Origin: Octopus vulgaris
Lineage: Eukaryota
Assembly: GCA_951406725.2 (NCBI GenBank)
Contig: OX597816.1
Location: 44,144,001-44,208,000, forward strand
Length of the DNA stretch: 64,000 nt
Direction: 5' to 3'
Shown: positions 27,742 to 41,332 of the stretch, one piece after another
Numbering within the stretch: the first letter of the stretch is position 1
Layout of the letters: each line of letters opens with the position of its first letter
The notes under the pieces: model-generated
What the model was told of the DNA's origin: nothing
What the model saw: only the letters and a program-made list of their open reading frames with translations
Databases searched by the model: none
Made by a program: the position numbers and the translations under genes

Positions 27742-27950
27742 AAAGCTGGCAGAATCGTCACCGAGCCAGGAGAATGCTTCGCAACATTTCGCCCTGCTTT
27801 TAGGTTCTGAGTTCAAATTCCGTCCAGATCGACTTTACCTTCATCTTTTTACGGGGTTGTAAAAAAAAATAAGAAACTGTTGAACACTGGGGTCGATATA
27901 ATCGACTTAGCTCCTCCCGTCAAATTGTTGGTCTCTGCCAAAATTTGAAA
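27742..27950 (+). mobile_element. SINE family B (tRNA-derived)
   Basis: AGCTGGCAGAATCGT...TTCTGAGTTCAAATTCC...CACTGGGGTCGATATAATCGACT. Confidence 0.85.
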
Positions 27951-28526
27951 TTCATATACAAATTGAAAAAATAAAGGAATACATTGGAAAATTGAGACCA
28001 AGTAATAAAAACAGTCGAGATAGGGTTAAAGGCCGCTCAGTTACGGTTAACCTGGAGTTAGTAACATAGAACGAAAAACGTGTGAACCGTACGTTATAAA
28101 AGCTAAAATGAGGCTATTCTAAAATTAATTTAAGAATAAGGACAAAGAATTTAATGAACCAAAGTACAATCAAATTCATTGTACATCTTCGAGATGAATG
28201 GAACTCCAAGTTTAATGAAGAGTTTTGTGCTATTCTCATTGGTGGTGGCCATAGTGGTAGTGTTCGTTAGACAAAATATATAGTTCAAAGCAACATGAAC
28301 TATATGTGTGCGTATCTGTTATCTTAGATGATACATCTGTGTATTCCCATCCAAGATGGAGACGAGTATCGACATTCCATAAGGCAGTGTTGATAATTTT
28401 TGAGAAATTCTTCTCAGCATGAAACCAAAGGAACACTCGGTAACCAAGAAATAACGAATACTTCTCCATCGATGCGGTATTCAGTACTCATTCTGAATGT
28501 TTGATATTAGGGTATATGTATGTATG

Positions 28527-28560
<34 letters not shown>

Positions 28561-28699
28561 TGTATGTATGTATGTATGTATTATGCATGTATATATATAT
28601 ATGTATAAATATATGTATATATATGAATATATGCATGTGCATGTATGTATGTATGTATATATATACATATATGTTTATGTATATATACATATATATGTC

Positions 28700-28739
<40 letters not shown>

Positions 28740-28947
28740 CATATATATATACATGATTATATATATATATATGTTTATGCACATATGTATATATATACAT
28801 ACATATAGATATAGATATAAATACACATACATACATACATACATGCATACATACATACATACATACATACATACATACATACATACATACATACCTACGT
28901 ACATACATACATACATACATACATACATACATACATACATACATACA

Positions 28948-28983
<36 letters not shown>

Positions 28984-29029
28984 TGTGTGTGTGTGTGTGT
29001 GTTTGAATTTTTAAACCCAAGCCAAAAGA

Positions 29030-29905
29030 TGACAAAGGAGATCTGCGATCTGCTTGAGCGGCCGAAGCCAGCTCTAGAAGAAAAAACGAATATCTTTGGT
29101 TTCAAGACGAAAGGTGTTCTTTCATCAGGATAATGCTCAGCCACATACAGCGAGGATGACACTCCAAAGGCTGGAGCAGTTTGAATGGGAAACCATGCCC
29201 CGCCCACTATATTCGCCGCACATTGCCCCATCTGATTATCATATATTCCGCAGTCTTCAAAATCATTCGGACGGAAAACATGAATTCTGTAGACGAGGTC
29301 AGAACAGTACTGGAAGAGTATTGTTCGTCACGGTGTTTTTTAGACTACTTTTATTTCACATAGTTACAATGCTCTTCCATCTATCTGGCAGACTTGCAAG
29401 GTCCCTTCCAAAATTCACTTGTCCGTGATGATCAATACTCCTCCAGTATTGTTCTGACATAATTTACAGAATTCATGTTACCAGTAACTATTCGGTCGAA
29501 AAAAGGTTCATTCGGAGACATTACAGCAAAGAAGAGCACCCGTTAAATCTCTGCGTACGATAGGAACACATTGACCCAATTTGCTGACTTTTCCGATGGG
29601 ACGCAAGTGTCGATAAATGGTTGAATCACAAAATCCAAGATTCTCTACTTGTTCCTCAACAGTTAAGACGGGATTTTGTTCCACCTGGGTTTGCAGGACG
29701 TCCGCATAAATCTCTATAAACCTGCAGGACTAGATCATTTTCTAGGCTTTAGTTTCCGGCTCGGAATTTCTGGAACAACCGTTGACACTAGGTTACGCTT
29801 CTTGTCCAATTCCAATATACTGCATTAATATTCCTCACACTTACCTTTGCGTTCTTGCCTTCCTTGAACACATAAAGCAAAATTAACTTTTAGTTCATGC
29901 ATTAT
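29030..29905. mobile_element. Two mariner fragments, tail-to-tail
   Basis: Plus piece 29030-29333: FHQDNAQPH, LYSPHIAPSDYHIF. Minus piece ~29340-29905: LASLPDRW and the N-terminal HTH region. The shared segment forms an inverted repeat (29298-29333 / ~29423-29458). Confidence 0.8.
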
Positions 29906-29909
29906 TTAT

Positions 29910-29950
<41 letters not shown>

Positions 29951-30167
29951 AATTGCAGCGTGGAAGCTATTGAAAAAGCGACGAAAATATTTTGACAGAT
30001 TAAATTTAAATGTTGAAATGATTCTAACGGTGTTTTGTGTTTTTAAATGGCTTCTAAACACATTCCAGCGTGCAACTGTTTTTCTTTCAGCACACGATCA
30101 CAGATCAGGTCACCTGCTATAGAAGTACATCTCTGTAATACATACATACATACACACACACACTCAC

Positions 30168-30198
<31 letters not shown>

Positions 30199-30284
30199 CA
30201 TACATACATACATACATGCATGCATGCATACATACATACATACATACATACATACATACATACATACATACATACATACATACA

Positions 30285-30365
<81 letters not shown>

Positions 30366-30639
30366 CCTCCCTTATAGATAGTTACTGATACAGATCCTGA
30401 AATCCTTACAATATTTATGACCATACTCAACTATAAACTGTCACCTCACTCCTGCCCTTCATTTTGTGTGTGTGTGTGTGTGCGTGCGAGCGTGTGTGTG
30501 TGTGCGCGCGAGCGAGTGTGTGTATGTGTGTGTTTATTAATAGTCATGTATGTGCATATAGATATAATCATATATCTACAGATATGTCTATTTAAATGTA
30601 TTTGTATGCGTGTATACATGCAGTTATTCAATGTTTAAA

Positions 30640-30900
30640 TAGAGGGAGAATTCACAATAAAACAAAAGACGAAGACAGGTGGTGTAGACAACAAACAGTT
30701 GTATTAATATAACGCTCGGGAAGTGAAAATATCTTTAACGTTTCGAGCGTACGCTCTTCCACAGAAAGCAACAGAGAAAGAAACAAGGAGAGAAAATAAA
30801 GAATGTATAGTGGCTAGCGATCTATCATGGCGAATGCCGGACAGAAGGGTAACACAGGAGAGCTAGGCAGCAAGGGAGATAATAAAGTAGTGGTGTTATG
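30640..30900 (-). mobile_element. Short PLE-like terminal fragment
   Basis: Homologous to 57768-57925 (ACAAAAGACGAAsACAGGTG...CAACAArCAG.TGTATT...GCTCGGGAA). Contains an HHR motif. Confidence 0.65.
30733..30768 (-). ncRNA. Minimal hammerhead variant (CUGUGGA plus extra A)
   Basis: Minus strand CTTT-CTGTGGA-A-GAGC GTAC GCTC-GAAA-CG-TT-AAAG. Confidence 0.6.
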
Positions 30901-30961
30901 TATATACAATGTATGTATGTATGTATGCATGTATGTATGTATGTATGTATGTATTTATGTA

Positions 30962-31014
<53 letters not shown>

Positions 31015-31085
31015 ATAATAATAATAATTTAACGTCGATTGGTCAAGTACGTATGTTAATTATCAGTGCCCTCAAATTTAAAATT

Positions 31086-31118
<33 letters not shown>

Positions 31119-31192
31119 ATAATAATACTTTAACGTCGCTTGGTCAAGTACGTATGTTAATTATCAGTGCCCTCAAATTTAAAATTTGAAAT

Positions 31193-31275
31193 ACTGTACT
31201 GATGAGGTGAAAGAGTGAGTAGAATTATGGTTTTACATTTTTTACATCGCTCTAACTCCGAAACGCGTATACAGT
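31193..31275 (+). ncRNA. Type I hammerhead ribozyme, canonical core, long stem II
   Basis: ACTGTA-CTGATGA-GG...GAGTGA GTAGAA / TTTTAC A TCGCTC...CC-GAAA-CGCG-TA-TACAGT. Perfect 6-bp stem I and palindromic stem III. Lies in an element at ~31120-31463 embedded in (TATC)n. Confidence 0.88.
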
Positions 31276-31463
31276 CAATCAGAGACGGGTGGATTCCTTA
31301 CTTTTTTTTCTCTTTACCTGCGTGAGTTGTTGACTATTGCTGTCTGGGTGATATCTTATGGTAGTAAAATAGTAGTTTAACTGCTTTTCTAAATTTCGGT
31401 ATGTGGTGAAGCAAATTTTTGCTGAACCCTATTTATAATTATACTCATAATTATAGAATTTGG

Positions 31464-31704
<241 letters not shown>

Positions 31705-32184
31705 CATACATACGTACGTACACACATATCTATACATTACACAGTACTTTCATTGTGCTCCCATAGTTCGTGTTCAATAAAAGTAAAGCAAACAAACATT
31801 CATGTAACGATGATGACCTTCTGTCTGAAAAACTGTTGAACTCTAATTATTTACTTGGAATTGGTTAAGGTTTTTATTGTACTGCTGCAACGTGAAACTT
31901 CTGCAAAACTTACTCCATTATTTACAGCCAATTCTTGCTTCTTTTTTAGCTTTGCTTTGCCAATTCCGTTCATAATATATTGTTTCGAAGTGATCACGGC
32001 ATGATAAACCGAAATAACTAAATTAAACAACAGAACGCTATTTACAACAGATAGTAATTTCCCGCTGCATTCTTCTGTTTTCCGTCAACGTTACTATTAC
32101 TCACATACTCACCCCTCACCATCCATCATCCTTCTTTTTCTCCGCCACACTCTCTTAAACTCTCTATATTTCTTTCTGTCGCTC

Positions 32185-32225
<41 letters not shown>

Positions 32226-32451
32226 GTGAGTGGTTTTCTCTATATGTTTTCCTTTCTTTACTTTCTGCCTCTCCTAATTTCTCGCGCTTTCTCATATGTT
32301 GATGTGCTTATCTGTTTGATACACTCCAGCTGAGATCAGTTTATATGATATTTCTATAAGCTCACACACGCGCGCACACGCACGCATATATACCCCGAAA
32401 CTAATACATACATATATCTGTGGGTTCACATATATATATATATATACATAT

Positions 32452-32499
<48 letters not shown>

Positions 32500-32741
32500 G
32501 TATATATATATATATATGTATGTATGTATATATATGCATATATACATATGTAAATGCGTATATATATACACACACACACATATATATGCATATATATATA
32601 AATATGTATATATATATATATATATATATATCCATATAATACATATATACACATATTTGTGCATATATTTATGTATATATATATATTCATTTATATACAT
32701 ATATACATATATAAGCGTATATATAAAATATATATATAGGC

Positions 32742-32794
<53 letters not shown>

Positions 32795-32851
32795 CGTGTG
32801 TTTGTGTGTGTATAGACAACCATACATTCCTGAACAGATACACACATTCCT

Positions 32852-32909
<58 letters not shown>

Positions 32910-32912
32910 TAC

Positions 32913-32945
<33 letters not shown>

Positions 32946-33032
32946 CATACATACATACATATATATATATATGTATAAAATATATATATAAAATTACAAA
33001 ATGGGACAAGAACGCAAAACACTCAAAGAGAC

Positions 33033-33081
<49 letters not shown>

Positions 33082-33494
33082 ATAATCGCACATATATATA
33101 TATATATACACATACATACAAATACACACACACACATATTCAGACATATACCTACATAACCACGGAGGTACACATACAGCAACCCCCAAAAATATATACA
33201 TATAAACCACGACACAATTATCACTTCCTTCCGCTCACAATTTCGCTTTCCTTCTCCAGAAAATTACATTTACTTTTACGTTCAGTTCCTTTATCAAATC
33301 GATGTTCGTCACTGCAAAGAATAATGGCAGGCAATAGCAGAAGATAAACTGTTGCACAAGACATCTTCATAGCATATCTCGTAGAACGTGAGGTTTAGCA
33401 GCCGACCGTCTGTTTCATGTTACGCTGTATTCGACCAATGACAGGAGCAGTAACTAGTAATCAATACGGTAATACGAAAGAGAGTCTTTTGCAT

Positions 33495-33552
<58 letters not shown>

Positions 33553-33567
33553 GCACACATACATATT

Positions 33568-33620
<53 letters not shown>

Positions 33621-33664
33621 CTTCCTCTGTGTTTAGCCCCCTTTGGCAATAAGTATATATATAC

Positions 33665-33741
33665 ATATATATGAAAAAACAAGTCAAAAATAGAAAATGC
33701 TAAAATAATTTTCTATTTTTGACTTGTTTTTTCATATATAT
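33665..33741. repeat. Perfect 34-bp inverted repeat with 9-nt loop
   Basis: ATATATATGAAAAAACAAGTCAAAAATAGAAAAT - GCTAAAATA - exact reverse complement. Confidence 0.95.
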
Positions 33742-34765
33742 CAACTCGTGTGTTCCTTTTCACCCTTATACATATACATATATATATATATACTTATATA
33801 TATATAATGTGTGTTTGCGTATGTGTGTGTGTATGTAAGTATATATAAATACACATACATCCATACAATTAGACATGCACACACACTCTCGCGCAGAGTT
33901 ACACACGCAGATGTAGTTATGTGTATGTGTGTGTATGTGTGTGTATGTGTGTGTGTTCGTGTGCGCGAGTTTGTGTCTGTATGTGTGTGTTTCTGTAAAT
34001 ATGTTCACTTACAAATGTGTTTTAGTATGAATATTTGAATGTTGCGGTCGCTCCGTACTAGAAATGACGTCAACGTTAAACTACAATGCCATATATGGAA
34101 ACCTAATCAATTATACATGATAATCACCAGCCATTGGCGTCGATAATACCCGGTTGGCTTTCGTAGTTTTATTGCACTTACTAGACAAATGCACTGAATA
34201 ATTTGACAATGTTTTCACGGGTCTTTTAAAGTTTATCACCTTAAACGACATTTATTCCAATTTTTATTTTTATTCAACAATTGATTAAAATATATAACAA
34301 GAATATGCTGATATTTTTTTACGTTAAGTAGAAAACGTTTATAGCATTTTCTGTTCCTTCCACATTTTCGTTTCACTTGGAATTATTCAAAATTACAGAA
34401 TAAGTTCCAACAATAAAATAGAATAGATTCTATCGTCTCGATATGCAATATTGAAGCTCGTGAACGGAATTGTGATTGTCGCCGGAGAATTTTAGTAATT
34501 TCTTTTCACTTAAGCGGTGTTAACTTCGTCATTCCTGTAGACAATTACATTTCCTATCGATATAAGTCAGTGAGCTAACAAAATTTGTGGCACGCCGATC
34601 AAACTGCTTAACGGAATTTCATCTACCTTTATGTCCTAAGACGAAATTCTACTGATATCGACTCAACATTCATCCTCTGAACACTGGCTTGGGAACGAAA
34701 TTTACTTAGGGGGTGCAAGCCCAGATATAAAATATTTTACGAATAAGTTCATGTATATATATATA

Positions 34766-35107
34766 TTTTACCTCCGCCTTAGCGAAGGCGGACGTATTGT
34801 TTTCAGTAGCGTTTGCTTCCTTGTCTGTGGACAAGATATCTCAAGAACCGCTGGATGGATTAGAACTGGCACACGAACTGATTAAATTTTGTGATCGATC
34901 TGGTATCGGACAAGGATTCTGGATTATTTTTCTTTTTTTTATTTTACTTAATTTTTGAAAGCGATCGGGTTAATTTTAAATGCTCTCGTTTGTGAGGGCA
35001 GCCGAGTTATTTCAGATATTCTCATTTTAAAAATCATGTCTGCAAAATCGTTCAGAGGACATTGGTGTTACCTTGGCGGAGGTTTTCGCTCTCTGAGTGT
35101 TCTTGTT
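34766..35107 (+). mobile_element. Helentron-associated non-autonomous element (HINE-like)
   Basis: 5' TTTTACCTCCGCC plus a hairpin, followed by GTTTG..TGTCTGT. 3' subterminal inverted repeat CCTTGGCGGAGGT, then GCTCTCTGAGTG..CTTGTT. T-rich flanks. Confidence 0.78.
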
Positions 35108-35673
35108 TATTCATGTTCTTTGTTCTTTAACAAGAAACCTAATTCAAGGTACTTTTTACACATCACTTTTTACTGACTGTTTTCTATACCTGAGGAAAGT
35201 AAGTTCACGGGCCTATGCCTCTGGAGAGGTTACAAAATGAGTTTCACTTGAGTAGTTGGGGCGTTGTAATTGACTGGCACCCTTCCTAAAATTTCAGGCT
35301 TGTGTCTATATAGTAGGCAGTATCGGTAGCACTTGGAACAAAATGCATAGCAGCATTTCTTCTGGCTTTACGTGCTGAGTTCAAATTCTGCCGATGTTGA
35401 TTTTTGCCTTTCATCATTTCGGGGGTATCCGTTGATCATTGGCGTCGATCTAATCGACTATCCTCACCGCCAAAATTTCAGAATTCATGCCCACGCTAGA
35501 AGTACTCCTTTTCTATCTATATCCAAACCAAATAAGGTGGCTAGCTGGTAGAATGTTAAGCACACCGGGCAAAAATCTTAGCGGTATTTTTTCCGTCTGT
35601 ACGTATTAATATTAATAGTAATACATAATACGATGAAGGTTTTATAGATAGAATACGATATAGCTTCTTTTAA

Positions 35674-36070
35674 GGCGGCGAGCTGGCAGAATCGTTAGCA
35701 CGCCGGGTGAAATGCTTAGCGGTATTTCGTCTGCCGTTACGTTCTGAGTTCAAATTCCGCCGAGGTCGACTATGCCTTTCATCCTTTCGGAGTCGATTAA
35801 ATAAGTACCAGTTTTGTACTGCGGTCGATATAATCGACTTAATCCGTTTGTCTGTCCTTGTTTGTCCTCTCTGTGCTTAGTTCCTTGTGGGTAGTAAAGA
35901 AATAGGTATTTCGTCTGCCGTTACGTTCTGAGTTCAAATTCCGTCGAGGTCGACTTTGCATTTCATCTTTTTTCAGGATCGATAAAATAAGCTACCAGTT
36001 GAGCACTGGGATTGATCTAATCGACTCACATCGTACCCCCTAAATGACTAGCCTTGTTCTAAAATTCGGA
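35674..36070 (+). mobile_element. SINE family B, dimeric copy (degenerate copies also at ~35270-35605)
   Basis: GGCGGCGAGCTGGCAGAATCGTTAGC (A box) and GAGTTCAAATTCC (B box). A second unit starts after GTAGTAAAGAAATA. Confidence 0.92.
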
Positions 36071-36634
36071 GCAAATATTGAAACCATATGATAATCATTT
36101 ATCAATCAATCTGCAAGTGGTTGTTACATAAGATGCCATTGATTGCTACAGAGCATCTGTAACAATCTGTAAACTTGGCTTTTTTTGAGTAATCGAAAAC
36201 ATTTCTTGTAAAGTATCATCAAACGGCTCATTACTTCTGAAGTCGTACTCAGCAGAAACTTTTTGTGATGTTGCTCTTTATTCAAAAAATATCACACACA
36301 CACACACAGAGGAGGAGGAAAAGATATTCATGAAATATTTGTAGTGCGCATCTCATCATAAAAGTGGGGAAAATAGAGTTTACATCCAAATAATTCTTGG
36401 ATAAATTTAAAACCTTTCAAAGCATATTTTAATTTTAATAAACGTGACAATTAATACTTCTGCTTTTCACTCTTCATAAATTCCATACTTAAGGAGAAGC
36501 CCTAATTTAATGAACTCCACTTATCTGTTTGTTGAACTGGTAACGAAACTGCTTTCACGACCATCTTTAACAATAGAGTTGATGCGAGTATGTTTGAATA
36601 GCAGATTAGAGAGAGAGAGAGAGAGAGAGAGACA

Positions 36635-37512
36635 GTGTTATCAACAAGTATCCAGACTGTTGTTATAGTAACGAAGCTAAAGCTCGCAGAGTAAAACAGC
36701 TTGGCACAGACTGTTCTTGATCTCTGCTGCTGTGCATGCGAACTAAGTTTTAATGTTCTAGCTCACAACTTCGCTATTTACAGCAGCACTTGGAAATAAG
36801 GTGTGCAGCGTGTGACGGTCGCATTGACCATGAGAGAAAGTTGCTATGGCGATACCTGCTCAGAGGACTACACTACACAAAGTTGCAGGAAGTGTATGAA
36901 GAGGAGCGTAAGAGCGGCACACAAGTGTACGAGTGTTTCAGATGTTTCTAAGATGGCCGAAAAAATGGCGATATTGACAAATGTTCTGGGAGACCCACAA
37001 CCAGCAATACTGAGAAAAACATCGCAGATGTGTGTGCAGCTGTGGAGGGAATTTGTCGAATTACCATCGGGGAGTTATGAGAAGATGTGCAGATTAGTTA
37101 CGATCAGTTCAGTTCATTATTCATGAAGATTTGGGTATGAGACACATGTCGGCAAAATTTATGTCAAAACTGCTTTCAGCTGACCAAAAAGACACTTGGA
37201 TTTCAGTTGCACAAGATCTCCTTGATTGTGTTGATATCGATGAAAACTATTTTAAAAATCTGCATAGGACTCTGAGCAGGTTTCGCCAAGCTTTTGGAAA
37301 AATTTGATGCAGATTCTATGCTCCGCTTTCTCTGTCATAGTTAATGCAACGACCACATGCTATACACGTTCCTTCCAAGCACTGCTGTAAACAGCGAAAG
37401 TGAGCTAGAATGTTAAAACTTAGCGCGCATGCACCTTAGAGTTGAAAGTCAAACTGTGTGCTTTAGCTTCCTTACTGTGGCAACAGTCCGGGGACTTATT
37501 GATCATACCACG
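36635..37512 (+). mobile_element. Mariner derivative with ~200-bp inverted ends and only the N-terminal transposase region
   Basis: 36635-36840 is an imperfect inverted repeat of 37326-37512. The interior reads QKLQEVY, SGRPTTSNT, EDLGMRHMSAKF..KLLS.DQK. Confidence 0.82.
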
Positions 37513-37559
37513 TATATGTCTGGTACATAATGCATAAAAAGGTTTCTGCAAACTGTATT

Positions 37560-38540
37560 GAATGGCCCCCAAAATATTGGGGGTAAATAGTTTTCACTCT
37601 TCATAGATGCATTAATATATATTTTTTAATAAGATATACACGTGTGAAAAATAATTGTTGTATTAAAAATATATAAATAAATAAATATAAATATGTATAA
37701 AAATATATGTAAATATGTACAAGTATAAATATATAATGTACAGTTTAAAAGTTTTGAACTAATTATTTAAAGTATCTTACGATCGTTTCACAGAAGAGTT
37801 GTCCCTATAATGAAATCCTATATTGATAAGCATTTATAGACAACGCTTCTGTTGTTTAGAGATATAAAATTTGAATTCTGTATAACATATCGAATGATAG
37901 TTTTTTTTTTTTAATTTGAACTAAAACTATAAAATGGCGTTTGTTTGAAAGATAAATTAAAAATTAAAAATTACTACTTTTGATGAGAGTTTTTAAATCC
38001 ATATATACTTCCTTGGTTATTCTTCTGCAATAATCCATAATATTCATATGTAAAATCCGTCATATTATCTTGTGTTCCAAATATAGTACATCTAGTTAGT
38101 TTTGAAATGTGAAATTTGTATATACTTTAGTATGAGAATCTTGAAATTCATATGTCTTCTTGGTAATTCCTTTGATAAATGCATTAATATAAATGCGATA
38201 AAATTAATTATTATCCCTGCTAGGAAGAGCCTACATCCTACGCAAGAAACTATCAATTCAGGAATATAAAATAAAATAACCCACAAACACAAGATAATCT
38301 ATACAGCAAATACCCAGCGAAATAAACTTCCATCAGCAAGGTGATTAACCAATGCATTACGCACTCAACACACAATATAAGCAGTAATACAACAAAAGAC
38401 TGCACCATGCCCAAAGACGTAAACGACTGAAGGAATACTATACCAGGAAGAGTTTGCATACTCTCAACAATAGAAATGAACACACAATTTTGCGCACAGC
38501 CCAGTAACACGGTGGTGTATCAGGTGATGGAGTACAAATT
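37560..38540 (-). mobile_element. Decayed Penelope-like 3' fragment with degenerate HHR (37773-37864)
   Basis: LLYRLSCVCG / SCVGCR-like GIY-YIG remnants. Minus strand TATCT-CTAAACA-ACAGAAG..GTTGTC.../..GACAAC.CTTCTGT-GAAA-CGATCG-TA-AGATA. Confidence 0.55.
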
Positions 38541-38580
38541 TGCCTGAAACTATCTAATGTTGGACAATTATATGATAATG

Positions 38581-38632
<52 letters not shown>

Positions 38633-38765
38633 TAATAATAATGATAATAATAATCATGATGATGATGATAATAATAATAATAATAATAATAATGATAATA
38701 ATCATGATGATGATGAGGAGGAGGAGGAGGAGGAGGATAATGATGATGATGATGATGATGGTAAT

Positions 38766-39989
38766 AATTGGAAATTTGAAGGTGGAGTACTTGCGCCGAC
38801 TGAGACTGATTCTTAAGTCGAAATTACACGGACGGAACAAGATCGAAGCTATCAGCATGTGGGCAGTTTCACTCCTTAGATATGAAGCAGGGGTAATCTC
38901 ATAGACAGTTGATGAACTAAACAGCTTAGACAGAACGAGAAGGAAGTTGCTAAGTAGATTTGGGATTCTCTACCCAAAAGGTGGCACAGACAGACTGTAT
39001 GTACCAAGAAAAAGAGGGAGAAGCGTACTTATTGGATGCGAAAACAGCATTAGAGCAGAAGAAATATCATAGCATGGTATGTAAAAAATACCAAAGAAAT
39101 GCTATTATTGGAAGAAGGTCAGGCTTGTGTAGGATGAAAGATTGCAAAGATAAAGCACTGTCAAGCAATTGAATACGAATGAAACCAAAAATAGCTGGGT
39201 ACAGAAAACAATGCATGGACTATTTGATAGGGATGTTGAAGATAAAACAGAAAGAGAAAAAAGATGTCTGTAGATGACTAAAAGTGATTTAAAACCGGAA
39301 ACGGAGGCTCTAATCTGTGCTGCCCAAGAGTAAGCACTATGAACAAACTACATAAAATACAGAACGGCCAACACATCAGAAAGAGATAAGTGCAGAATCT
39401 GTGTACAAAATAGTGAAACCGTATTGCATATTACCAGTCAATGTACGCCGCTAGTCAAGAAGGAATATAAGAGACGCCACGACAGTATAGCAAGGCTTGT
39501 CCATTGGATACTTTGTAACAAGTATGGACTTGAAAGAGCAAAAATTTGGCACGATCACAAACCCCAAAGCATCATCGAAAATGATAATGCAAGGATCCTG
39601 AGGGATTTTATGATTTAGTGCGACCATGAGATAGACAATAGGAAGCCACATATGGTCTTAATTGAGAAAGAAAACAAATGATGATGGATCGTAGATATAG
39701 CATGCCCAGCTGACAACAAAGATATGCGATTAGGAGAGAAAATTCGATAGATAGGACAGGTTAGCTTGGGAGGATAAGCAGTTGTGGTAGTAGTACCAAT
39801 AATTGTCGGAGCCCTGGGAACAGTGAGTAAAAAGCCCGAGAAGTACGTGGAACAAATAGAGGCTGCAATAAGAGTGGAGCACTTGCAGAAAACAGCACTG
39901 CTTGGAACCGCTCGAATACTCCGGAAGGTATTCGAAAAATAAGTGGTATTGCCTAAGTTCACTGGTAGCGTTAGAAGCTGTGCAAAGGC
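38766..39989 (+). mobile_element. R4/Dong-like LINE 3' fragment (RT C-terminus, CCHC, RLE)
   Basis: EYLRRLRLILKSKLHGRNKIEAI..WAV, DRLYVPRK, CRIC....ET..HI.S.C..L...EYKRRHD, DIACP, PIIVGALG, LQKTALLGTARIL. Flanked by (AAT)n. Confidence 0.92.
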
Positions 39990-39996
39990 AATAATG

Positions 39997-40060
<64 letters not shown>

Positions 40061-40084
40061 GTATCAAGATAATGACAGAATGAG

Positions 40085-40730
40085 GTAGCCTGAAAGTGTA
40101 CTCTGCTATAACAAACTTGAGAGTATTGACCACATTATTGCCGGTTGCTCAGTCCTTACTCTCCACAGAATATAAAACCAGGCATGATCGAGTTGGCCAA
40201 TACTTGCACTGGAGCATGTGTCGTCACTATGATATCCCGCACTCCAAGAACTGGTATGAACCCCATCCAAAGCCAGTTACTAAGGAAGAGAATGTTACCA
40301 TCCAATGAGATTATGGGATACATACAGTCAGCCAAATAAGTGCTAACACTCCAGGCATCATCATAAAAGACCTAAGATAAAAACACTCGTTAATTGAGAT
40401 AGCAGTGCCCACAGACAGATACATCTCAACAAAGGAACATTAAAAACTGTCGAAATATAAGGACCATGAGATTAAGATATCTTAGACGTGGCAATTAAAT
40501 ACCAAAACAGTCCTTGTTGTTGTAGGTGCCCAGGGAATGATCAAGAAATGTACTGACGAATTTGTTGACCAGATTCCTGGGAAACCAACAATCTATGAGA
40601 CTCATAAAAATGTGTTGACATCAACGGTGCACATTTTCTGGAAATTTTTGTCCATCTAATATATACGTGCCTCCTTACTCTGGTGGAGATCCGGTCGGAA
40701 GGTGAAGTAAAATGCAAATCAATCGGAAAA
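40085..40730 (+). mobile_element. R4/Dong-like LINE 3' fragment 2
   Basis: EYKTRHDRVGQYLHWSMC, NWYE.HPKPV, KLSKYKD, PVVVGA.GMI. Confidence 0.88.
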
Positions 40731-40749
40731 TAATAATTTTCATTATTAT

Positions 40750-40970
40750 TATTTTAATAATCTTTTCTACTAAAGGCCTGAAATTTTGGAGGTGGGGAGC
40801 GATTAGTTCATTGAATCTACCTCAGTATTTTCTTGGTACTTAATTTATCCACTCTAAAAGGATGAGAAGCAAAGTCGAACTCGGAGGAATTTTATCTCAG
40901 ATCATAAAGACAGCCGAATACAGATAAGCATTTCGCCCGGCGCAATAATGTTTTGTCAGCTCACCGCTTT
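40750..40970 (-). mobile_element. SINE family B
   Basis: Reverse complement of family B, ending GCTCACCGC. Confidence 0.82.
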
Positions 40971-40971
40971 G

Positions 40972-41035
<64 letters not shown>

Positions 41036-41106
41036 TGATGATGATGATGATGATAATAATAATAATAATAATAATAATGATGATAATAATAATAATAATA
41101 ATAATG

Positions 41107-41161
<55 letters not shown>

Positions 41162-41166
41162 TCATG

Positions 41167-41207
<41 letters not shown>

Positions 41208-41226
41208 GATGATGATGATGATGATG

Positions 41227-41317
<91 letters not shown>

Positions 41318-41332
41318 TAATAATAATAATGA
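40972..41332. repeat. (AAT)n/(GAT)n array
   Basis: Directly visible. Similar arrays at 38570-38766, 39990-40060, 44450-44938, 46215-46356, 55943-56178 and 56627-56766. Confidence 0.98.

Noticed and set aside
28236-28469. 77-aa non-repetitive ORF
   Set aside because: No recognisable domain and no convincing splice sites.
34064-34072. CRE site TGACGTCA as a promoter element
   Set aside because: A single 8-mer is expected by chance in 64 kb, and no supported TSS is nearby.
35674-35765. tRNA gene
   Set aside because: A and B boxes are present, but it is the head of a multi-copy SINE with no convincing cloverleaf.
40972-41332. CRISPR-like array
   Set aside because: Simple trinucleotide repeats without unique spacers, in a eukaryotic context.
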